NCBI GenBank assembly: GCA_043822065.1
Contig: JBDRCC010000011.1
Location: 1 to 14,337, forward strand
DNA: 14,337 nt
Direction of reading: 5' to 3'
Source of the DNA: an archaeon
GTDB taxonomy: Archaea; Undinarchaeota; CAZHTU01; JBDRCC01
This document shows positions 8,096 through 14,227 of the stretch, one piece after another. Both the position numbers and the translations under genes were made by a program. The notes below the pieces were generated by a model. The model ran no database searches and had not been told where the DNA came from. It was given only the letters and a program-made list of their open reading frames with translations. Positions within the stretch are counted from its first letter, which is position 1. Every line of letters starts with the position of its first letter.

Positions 8096-10051
8096 CTATT
8101 CCTTTCCCTTTACAATCTTGTACGAGACATACCCAGCATACGCCCCAGCCAGGTACAGCAGGTACTTGAACCAAGCCGAAACTGCAAGGACAGTGAGCTT
8201 CAGCGGCCTTTCCTTGGAGACAAGGTAATTTGTTACCGTGATTTCTTTTCCCATCTCAGGGATGTCCAGCCTTACCGGAAGGACGCCCTTCTTCGTCGGC
8301 GCGGTTATCGCAGCTTTCGCCACACTCTCATCCCCATCTATGAGCTCCATGGCAGCGTCAAACGTCGGCATCGGCGCATTCTGAGCCATGTAGCCAGTCA
8401 TTTCCGCAGCTTCATACGTCCTCACCGACGGCGCGCTTGAGACGCCGCCAAACATCCCGCCCGTTATGAACAGGAACAATACAATGACCAGCAGGACCGC
8501 CCCGCCAGTGACAAGCTTCTTGAACGGCACCTTCCCCACATACGACTTAAGCAGCCAGATTATGCACCCAGCCATAAGCAGGAGCAGAAGCCCGCTGTTA
8601 AACACATAAAGCGCGAGGGAGAAAAGGGTGAAATACGCAACAAACCTCTTGTCCTTCTTCAGCATCATTCCAACAGCCACGAACAGGACAATCATCATTG
8701 ATACGAACTTTACCGGGATCTCCGACCCGCCCTCCGCGCCAAAAGTTTCGAGGACAACCACGCTCTTTGGCAGGTAAATGCTCGTCACCGCAGTCGAGAT
8801 TGGGAGGTCGGTCCTTGCCAGGGGCACTTTTATCAGGCTTATTGGCATGAGCCTCGAGCGGGTCTCAAAGTAGACCACTTCGAAATTCCCGTACTCGGTC
8901 TTTGGGAATGCAAGGAGGAGGTTGTCCTCCTTTGTCAGCTTTATTGCGGAGCCCTCCGTCGACGCGTAGAGCGGCGTGCCAGGCACTTCCACCTCAAGGT
9001 AGTCAAGCCCGGTGTTCGCATACCTGTAGGACATCTCCCCAACGATGCTGCCGACTGTTGTGACCGCGACCCGGTTGTCCGCCCTGCTGACGGAAGCGAT
9101 TAGGGACGGCTCGGTGTCAAGCTCCTCTATAGAAACATAAAGCGTGTCTCCCGGGTTTGCCAGGAACGCAATCCCGTTGAAGTACGTGCGCGGGAGCGGG
9201 ACTTCCGACAGGTCAATTTCCCTTGCAGTCCCGGACACCGACATCTTCTTCTCCGGCTCCGACTCAAGAAGCACCCTGTGGTCCCGGAATGGCCCGCTTG
9301 GCGCCGGAACCCTCAGGGTTTTTTCAGTAAACACGCCCTGGATTACGACAGCCGCCCTGTCCCCCTTGAGGTCAAGGGATATGCTGTCTTTTCCAGCCTC
9401 CCAGTCAAGGGCGCCGGTCACGGACGAAACAGACTCCCCGTTCCTCAGGCTGACGGACTGCCTGCCGAGGTCCCCACCGAACGACTGGAAGTTTATCACA
9501 TAGTAGAAGGAATCTGTTGATGCGAACGTGTACCTGTAGCTCCCCTCGACAATCGTTGAAACGTCCATCACTCTCTGGATGTAAACCGTCTCGTCATATG
9601 CGCCATACCTGTCGCCCTCGACTGCGTAGCCGTTTGTCAAATCAAAATTTAATTCATTTACAGGGCCTTTCACGTCAAGCCTAATCTGGTCCGCCGTCCT
9701 GATTGCCAGCTCCCCGTCAAGCTCAAACTTCCCAGACGGGTGGATGAAGAAATATCCCCTGCCGTCAAACGACACCGACGTGTCCTTCCCATTGACCTTC
9801 AGGTCCCTGACTACAATGTCCTTCGCCGGCCCGAGGAGGTAGACCTTCACATCCGCCCCGGAGAGGACTTCGCCCTTTCCAGTCAGACTGAAGACGTTTG
9901 TGGAGACGTCCCCGGACAGCCTCAATTCCTCAAGCGCGTAGGTGCCCTCATTAGTATCGTTAATAACAATGACCGTGGCCCCGAACGAGCCAGCCGAGAA
10001 CAAAATAAGCAAAAGAGCCAGTGAGAACAGCGCCCTGCCCGAGTACCCCAT
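8096..10051 (-). CDS. Large hypothetical membrane protein (signal peptide, ~430-aa beta-rich ectodomain, C-terminal multi-TM region)
   Basis: Long ORF with host codon bias. ATG 10051 (MGYSGRALF) is preferred to TTG 10060 because a TATA-like TTTAAAT lies at 10073-10079. Confidence 0.85.
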   Translation of the reverse strand: MGYSGRALFSLALLLILFSAGSFGATVIVINDTNEGTYALEELRLSGDVSTNVFSLTGKGEVLSGADVKVYLLGPAKDIVVRDLKVNGKDTSVSFDGRGYFFIHPSGKFELDGELAIRTADQIRLDVKGPVNELNFDLTNGYAVEGDRYGAYDETVYIQRVMDVSTIVEGSYRYTFASTDSFYYVINFQSFGGDLGRQSVSLRNGESVSSVTGALDWEAGKDSISLDLKGDRAAVVIQGVFTEKTLRVPAPSGPFRDHRVLLESEPEKKMSVSGTAREIDLSEVPLPRTYFNGIAFLANPGDTLYVSIEELDTEPSLIASVSRADNRVAVTTVGSIVGEMSYRYANTGLDYLEVEVPGTPLYASTEGSAIKLTKEDNLLLAFPKTEYGNFEVVYFETRSRLMPISLIKVPLARTDLPISTAVTSIYLPKSVVVLETFGAEGGSEIPVKFVSMMIVLFVAVGMMLKKDKRFVAYFTLFSLALYVFNSGLLLLLMAGCIIWLLKSYVGKVPFKKLVTGGAVLLVIVLFLFITGGMFGGVSSAPSVRTYEAAEMTGYMAQNAPMPTFDAAMELIDGDESVAKAAITAPTKKGVLPVRLDIPEMGKEITVTNYLVSKERPLKLTVLAVSAWFKYLLYLAGAYAGYVSYKIVKGKE

Positions 10052-10109
10052 ACTATACAAATGTATGACGGATTTAAATGCCTTTCCAAGCCCAGCGGCT
10101 TAATGCCTG

Positions 10110-10150
10110 CGCCCACAACTTTTTGTGTGAGCCTTCGCCAATCCCAAACC
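10110..10150 (+). repeat. Degenerate copies of the CGCCAAAA/CCAAAA-NN-TTTTGG repeat family
   Basis: CCACAA-CT-TTTTGT (10113-10126) and CTTCGCCAATCCCAAACC, which resembles CTTCGCCAATTCCAAAACC at 11062. Confidence 0.45.
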
Positions 10151-10188
10151 TGAAAAGGCTTAAATATCCCACTGCCCAATACTAAAGC

Positions 10189-10473
10189 ATGCCAACCGCA
10201 TACACACTAATCAAGCTTACTTCCCCGGAGAAACAGGGGGACGTGGTCAAAAAGCTGCAGAAGCTGTCAAAGAAGCATGGCATGGGCATAGCCCAAATCG
10301 TGCCAATCGACCCCACCAAGTTCGTCTCCGCAGAAGGAATGGATTCGGAGAGCCCGGAGATAATTGTTACAGTAACACAGGACAAGCAAGACGACATCAC
10401 GGCAACAATAACAAAGATACGGTCTCTGGACGGCATAAAGACTACAAAGACCCTGCCCGTAGCAACACTTTAG
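10189..10473 (+). CDS. Stand-alone Lrp/AsnC C-terminal (RAM)-like domain protein
   Basis: AYTLIKL...DVVKKLQKL...EIIVTV...ITKIRSLDGIKTTKTL matches the fold's typical pattern; TATA CTTAAATA at 10160-10167. Confidence 0.75.
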   Translation: MPTAYTLIKLTSPEKQGDVVKKLQKLSKKHGMGIAQIVPIDPTKFVSAEGMDSESPEIIVTVTQDKQDDITATITKIRSLDGIKTTKTLPVATL

Positions 10474-10527
10474 CCAAGCGGCCCACCAAAACCGCCTGCA
10501 CAGGCCAATTTAGGGGCTATGTCAACT

Positions 10528-11025
10528 TCACCAGGCGTTCTTCTTCCCTATTGACCCTACATTTAGAAGGCCCAACTTAGCACTACGCGTGTCTGTTAGC
10601 CTTTCAGGCGGATTGTTAAGGATATACCTGTCGCCCATGTCCTCTAAGTGGGATGCCGGGCAGACAAACGCAATTACAAGCCGCTCTTTCCCCTTATTTA
10701 CAAGAGAATGCGCATACCTTTCCGGGACTATGAACACGTCATTTTCCTTTACTTTGACTGGAGCCTCCCAATTAGTTCTTATTACCTTCATGCCCTTCTT
10801 GACCTCCCCTATGTTCATCTCGCCTTCGCCAGAGAGGACATGATAGAACTCGTCGCCATTGAAATGCACATGCGCCTGAACCTGCTTTCCTATCTCAGCC
10901 ACGTGATACCCCATTGTCTGACCCTTAATGACGATGCCGTGTTTAATGGCAACAGCCGGATCCTCAAGGGCTTCCCTTAGAACCTCATCAATGTTTCGTA
11001 TTTCCATACTCCCTATTATCTGCAT
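10528..11025 (-). CDS. Cupin domain protein
   Basis: Cupin motif 1 HVHFNGDEFYHVLSGEG and motif 2 DVFIVPERYAHSLVNKG. Confidence 0.9.
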   Translation of the reverse strand: MQIIGSMEIRNIDEVLREALEDPAVAIKHGIVIKGQTMGYHVAEIGKQVQAHVHFNGDEFYHVLSGEGEMNIGEVKKGMKVIRTNWEAPVKVKENDVFIVPERYAHSLVNKGKERLVIAFVCPASHLEDMGDRYILNNPPERLTDTRSAKLGLLNVGSIGKKNAW

Positions 11026-11064
11026 TAAAGGACTTAAACTTAACTGTTCCTAAATGTGATGCTT

Positions 11065-11134
11065 CGCCAATTCCAAAACCCTTTTTCGCCCAAACTCTTT
11101 TTGCCGCGCCAAAAGATTTTAGTCGAAACTAAAA
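11065..11134 (+). repeat. 20-bp-period repeat cluster (CGCCAAAA family)
   Basis: Units start at 11065, 11087, 11107 and 11127 (spacing 22, 20, 20); 11109-11122 reads CCAAAA-GA-TTTTAG. Confidence 0.75.
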
Positions 11135-11167
11135 TACAGGATAGTGGCAAGCTACTCCTTCCCATGC

Positions 11168-11175
11168 TTTAAATA
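11168..11175 (+). promoter_or_regulatory. Archaeal TATA box (TTTAAATA) of the LAGLIDADG gene
   Basis: Ends 23 bp before ATG 11198, matching the spacing at other genes in the window. Confidence 0.6.
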
Positions 11176-11197
11176 GTTCTAAACCCGCCCGTATTTT

Positions 11198-11731
11198 ATG
11201 AAAGAAGAAATAGAAAACGAGATAGACCGAGCTTATGTTGCTGGATTTGCCATGGGCGAAGGCTGCTTTCACATAGGAATAACTAGCCGAAGGCGGGGTA
11301 AGAAATCGAGGTTACACTATACCGTTCGGCCAATTTTTGTCATAGTCCAGGCAGAGCAAGATTCAGCTGTTTTAAACTATGTTCAGAAGGTAATCGGGTT
11401 TGGAACAATACACCAGTCATCTCAACACAGGAACAGAAATGCAAACAATACCGTCCTCCTTATGATTAGTGGAGTTAAACGGTGCAAGGAATTAATACCG
11501 CTTTTTGACAAATACAAGCTTCACGGTCAAAAACAAGTAGATTATGACTTATGGAAAAACACCATAACTCTCATGGATAGCGGTGCGCACCTCACTGTCG
11601 AAGGGTTTCTAAAAATTGCAGAACTGCGAGACCAAATGAACCTGAGGGGGGTGCAAGGCAAACCAAACCCACGTTACCGGGATGTAACGTTTTTCAGAAA
11701 ATTTTTTAATGCAAACAAGTATACAAATTAA
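11198..11731 (+). CDS. Free-standing single-motif LAGLIDADG homing endonuclease family protein
   Basis: YVAGFAMGEGCFHI motif, FVIVQ, GFGTI, and the C-terminal KQVDY..WK...HLTVEGFLKI..LRDQMN typical of LAGLIDADG_1; AT-richer codon usage than flanking housekeeping genes. Confidence 0.92.
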   Translation: MKEEIENEIDRAYVAGFAMGEGCFHIGITSRRRGKKSRLHYTVRPIFVIVQAEQDSAVLNYVQKVIGFGTIHQSSQHRNRNANNTVLLMISGVKRCKELIPLFDKYKLHGQKQVDYDLWKNTITLMDSGAHLTVEGFLKIAELRDQMNLRGVQGKPNPRYRDVTFFRKFFNANKYTN

Positions 11732-11746
11732 CAAACCGTTTAACCA

Positions 11747-11766
11747 TGCCAAAATACTTTGGGCAT
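11747..11766 (+). repeat. CCAAAA-NN-TTTTGG family unit
   Basis: TGCCAAAA-TA-CTTTGGGCAT, ending 8 bp before the dif-like site. Confidence 0.7.
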
Positions 11767-11774
11767 TGAATACA

Positions 11775-11802
11775 AGGGCGCATAATACTGATTATGCGCC
11801 CA
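11775..11802. other. dif-like Xer recombination site (11-6-11)
   Basis: AGGGCGCATAA TACTGA TTATGCGCCCA has the GCATAA-N6-TTATG geometry of dif. The left arm matches the E. coli XerC arm GGTGCGCATAA at 9/11. Near-symmetric arms suit a single XerA. The sequence could alternatively act as an 11-bp hairpin. Confidence 0.65.
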
Positions 11803-11905
11803 TTTTCTCGATATAAGCCCCTTTTTCAGGCCCTCTCCGGGCTTTTTCCCCTATATTATCCCCTAAAAGGGCATGTGTGGGGGTTTTACCCTAACCTCTA
11901 ACTCT

Positions 11906-11962
11906 CGCCAAACCCTGCGCAACAAGCCCGCGCCAAAACTTTTTGGGCTTCGCCAAAACTCT
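11906..11962 (+). repeat. 20-bp-period repeat cluster (CGCCAAAA family)
   Basis: CGCCAAA at 11906, 11931 and 11951; 11933-11946 reads CCAAAA-CT-TTTTGG (perfect arms). Confidence 0.8.
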
Positions 11963-11969
11963 CTTTCTT

Positions 11970-12203
11970 CTACTGCGCTTCGCTCTTTATTCTGAAAATG
12001 ACCTTGGTCCCCTTGAGCGCCGTTGCGACCCGGTCGCTGAGCGCAAGGATGTCCTTGGTCGTTGGGACCTTTTCACCCCAGTTGTACTGGAAGTCGGAGT
12101 TCCCAAGCGAAACCGTGAAGCCAAGCGCGGACACCTTGTTCTTGACCTCTGACGGCATTATGCCGCCCTCTGAGTTGAAATATAATACCAGCCTAGTTTT
12201 CAC
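11970..12203 (-). CDS. Small hypothetical archaeal protein, 77 aa
   Basis: GTG start preceded by SD GAGGTG; alpha/beta pattern FNSEG..PSEV...LGF....G..DF.Y.W, which resembles uncharacterised small archaeal proteins (from memory, unverified). Confidence 0.8.
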   Translation of the reverse strand: MKTRLVLYFNSEGGIMPSEVKNKVSALGFTVSLGNSDFQYNWGEKVPTTKDILALSDRVATALKGTKVIFRIKSEAQ

Positions 12204-12263
12204 GTTGCCACCTCACACGTGCTAATACTAGCATATTTATAACAATTTTCAGCCGCCCCTTTT

Positions 12264-12323
12264 CGCCAACACTCTTTTAGCCACGCCAAAACATTTTGGG
12301 CATAACTAAAAGACTATGGGCGC
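12264..12323 (+). repeat. 20-bp-period repeat cluster (CGCCAAAA family)
   Basis: Units at 12264, 12284 and 12304; 12286-12299 reads CCAAAA-CA-TTTTGG and 12306-12319 reads CTAAAA-GA-CTATGG. Confidence 0.8.
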
Positions 12324-12336
12324 CAGAATATACTGC

Positions 12337-12618
12337 TTATTTCACGTCTTCTTCAGTTAAGTCTTTTAGATTGCTCTGGACGACACCATGCGGAAACCCC
12401 GGCATTGGAACCGTGCGCGCCGTACGGCACATATCGCATGACGCCTCAATCGTGACCTTTGTTATCTCACTTTTAACATGTTCCTGGACATATGCCATAA
12501 AATCAGCTTGAGCCGTCATTATCTTCTTATGGGTGCCGCCCTTGCACGCTTCCCCAAGTTCAAAGCAAGACTCGCAGCGCTCAATCAGCTCGTCTTTAAT
12601 TTTATTTTTTTCCGCCAT
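12337..12618 (-). CDS. Small hypothetical protein with two CxxC motifs (putative Zn-binding), 93 aa
   Basis: ATG at 12618 after purine-rich GAAAGGGGT; CESC and CDMC plus one extra Cys. The ORF-track start at 12669 falls inside a repeat. Confidence 0.7.
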   Translation of the reverse strand: MAEKNKIKDELIERCESCFELGEACKGGTHKKIMTAQADFMAYVQEHVKSEITKVTIEASCDMCRTARTVPMPGFPHGVVQSNLKDLTEEDVK

Positions 12619-12663
12619 ACCCCTTTCTTGGTCAGTCCAGTATATAATTATTCTCACTACCCA

Positions 12664-12703
12664 CGCCAAAACATTTTTAGCATAGCTAATACATTACGTA
12701 CGC
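12664..12703 (+). repeat. 20-bp-period repeat cluster (CGCCAAAA family)
   Basis: 12661-12691 matches 12281-12311 at 27/31 positions, including 17 consecutive bases (CCACGCCAAAACATTTT). Confidence 0.8.
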
Positions 12704-12709
12704 ACCCAA

Positions 12710-13222
12710 ATGGACGAAAAACCTTACGAAATAACCCGGGCTAAACCGCAAACAGGCAGCCTAGTCGCGGAGGCCGAGCTCATTGAGGCGGAAATGACCA
12801 TCCGCAAAATGCGGCTCCCGCCGGAGGCCAGGCTCACCCGGAAGGCGCTCATCCGCTGGGTCGCCCTCAGCCTCGGCCTGATAACCCCCGGCGAGTCGCG
12901 CGACACCATCCTCTCGATTCTTGACGCCCTCTTTTACTACAATTTCAGGGGGAAAAAGCCGACCACCCGCGACCTGAAGGACTACATCGACTCAAACTGG
13001 GAGGAAACCACCGAAAAGACCATCCGGTACCAGCTCGGGAAATTGAGGGAAACCGGCTTCCTGGAGAAATCTGAGAACACTTACACCTTTGTCAAGGACC
13101 CTGAAGCACCTGAACACGACCTAAAAGCCGGAATATTTTTGGCATTGGACAAACACTTTGGGCAGTCTAAAGGGCGCCTTTTGGAGGCGCTGACAAGCCT
13201 TCAGTCTCAGTATAGTATTTGA
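12710..13222 (+). CDS. Winged helix-turn-helix domain protein
   Basis: PTTRDLKDYI...TEKTIRYQLGKLRETGFLEK...YTF is a wHTH pattern; helical N-terminal region RWVALSLGLI.PGESR. Confidence 0.8.
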   Translation: MDEKPYEITRAKPQTGSLVAEAELIEAEMTIRKMRLPPEARLTRKALIRWVALSLGLITPGESRDTILSILDALFYYNFRGKKPTTRDLKDYIDSNWEETTEKTIRYQLGKLRETGFLEKSENTYTFVKDPEAPEHDLKAGIFLALDKHFGQSKGRLLEALTSLQSQYSI

Positions 13223-13652
13223 GGAACTTGCCCTCCTTCTTCGTTTTTACCATGCCAGCATCCACGAGGCGGTTTACCTGCTGGCTCACCCACGTCCTGC
13301 TCTTGCCCAGGGCCTTCGCCAGCTCGGCTGCGGTTATCGGGTGCTCGAGGTAGTCCAGTATCTTTCTTTGGAGCTCGGTCAGCTCTATCTCCTTTTCGAG
13401 CTTCTCCTTTTCCCCCCTAAGCCGCTCAATCTTCTCGCCGAGGGCGTCCCTGAGGTCGTCCCTCTTCGGCAGCAGGTCAAACTCGGTAAGTATCCTGTGG
13501 TGGTCGTCGTGCATCGCCCTCTTCAGGTCGTCGACGGCGAACCTGATTCCGAGGAGCTCCCTCATCATTGTTATGGCGACGTCCTCCTTCACTATGGTCG
13601 ACTCCTTCTGCTCCTCCTTCTTTTTCCTCTTTAACAGGGTGAAAAGTCCCAT
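13167..13652 (-). CDS. Coiled-coil plus C-terminal wHTH (ArsR/MarR-like) DNA-binding protein
   Basis: N-terminal MGLFTLLKRKKK, coiled coil LGEKIERLRGEKEKLEKEIE, then LTELQRKIL.YL..PITAAELAKALGKSRTWVSQQVNRLVDAGMV.TKKEGK..KY. ATG 13652 is preferred to 13673. Confidence 0.88.
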   Translation of the reverse strand: MGLFTLLKRKKKEEQKESTIVKEDVAITMMRELLGIRFAVDDLKRAMHDDHHRILTEFDLLPKRDDLRDALGEKIERLRGEKEKLEKEIELTELQRKILDYLEHPITAAELAKALGKSRTWVSQQVNRLVDAGMVKTKKEGKFLKYYTETEGLSAPPKGAL

Positions 13653-13655
13653 CTG

Positions 13656-13805
13656 CTTAACATATCTTAACACGTTACTTATATGTTAATTTTTCCTTTA
13701 CATGTTAATAACATGTTATCAACACGTACTTAACATGCACTTGACGTGTTAAGTATATCGAGACTTAGCTTGCCAGTACTCTCGGCACTGGCAGGACGCG
13801 TTAAG
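13656..13805. repeat. Cluster of TTAACAYGT boxes (left flank), overlapping the wHTH gene promoter
   Basis: Copies at 13656, 13666, 13681(rc), 13700(rc), 13709 (palindrome TAACATGTTA), 13719, 13729, 13744(rc) and 13796(rc). Confidence 0.8.
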
Positions 13806-13885
13806 CACGTATTGCTGCAGGATCCGCCCCCAATTATACTGGGTTATCCAAGCCAGGGTTTATCCGCATTTAAGCCGGACAGTTC

Positions 13886-14155
13886 CAATTGTGAGCTTAT
13901 GGGCCTGCCCAGGATAGCCAATAGGGCGCCATATCGAGGATTTTTCCGGAAAAAATTAGTACACCCTCAATTGTGAGAGTTAGAGGGGGTAATTCAGCCA
14001 GGCCTTTTGAGTGGGTGGAAAGCGAGATGTGAGGGTTGGGTCCAGAATAGGCAATTGTGAGAGCTTGGCCTGTGAGTGAACAAGGCCTAAAAATGGCGAA
14101 TGTGAGGATCCAGGCCAAAAACATGAATTGTGAGGGTAAGATACGCCTTTGTGAT
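13886..14155 (+). repeat. Co-oriented (CAAT)TGTGAG boxes (iteron-like)
   Basis: TGTGAG at 13890, 13972, 14028, 14056, 14071, 14101 and 14129 (plus TGTGAT at 14150); four copies read AATTGTGAG; all on the + strand. Confidence 0.8.
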
Positions 14156-14197
14156 ACCTGCCTTTTTTCCGCATATTAAACGGATTTAGACCATTTA

Positions 14198-14217
14198 CTT
14201 AACACGTCTTAACACGT
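14198..14217 (+). repeat. Tandem CTTAACACGT x2 (right flank)
   Basis: Two exact adjacent 10-mers, identical to 13666-13675. Confidence 0.8.
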
Positions 14218-14227
14218 TCACTTTTCG

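Noticed and set aside
11065-12703. CGCCAAAA repeats as KOPS-like polar motifs or integron attC sites
   Set aside because: Orientation does not invert across the dif-like site; RYYYAAC...GTTRRRY ends and an integrase gene are absent.
13769-13795. Hairpin TGCCAGT-N9-ACTGGCA as a tRNA fragment or terminator
   Set aside because: Only a 7-bp perfect stem, with no cloverleaf, T-loop motif or U-tract.
13886-14134. AATTGTGAG(C) equals the lac operator half-site, suggesting vector contamination or LacI control
   Set aside because: No copy continues as GGATAACAATT, no inverted partner exists and no vector sequence is nearby.
13746-14174. Short ORFs 13746..13976, 13897..14124 and 13980..14174
   Set aside because: Mutually overlapping, atypical composition, no family pattern; better explained as non-coding repeat DNA, though not formally excluded.
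11065-14217. Repeat clusters as a CRISPR array
   Set aside because: Units are 6-20 bp, degenerate, abutting or irregularly spaced, with no constant repeat-spacer pattern and no cas genes.
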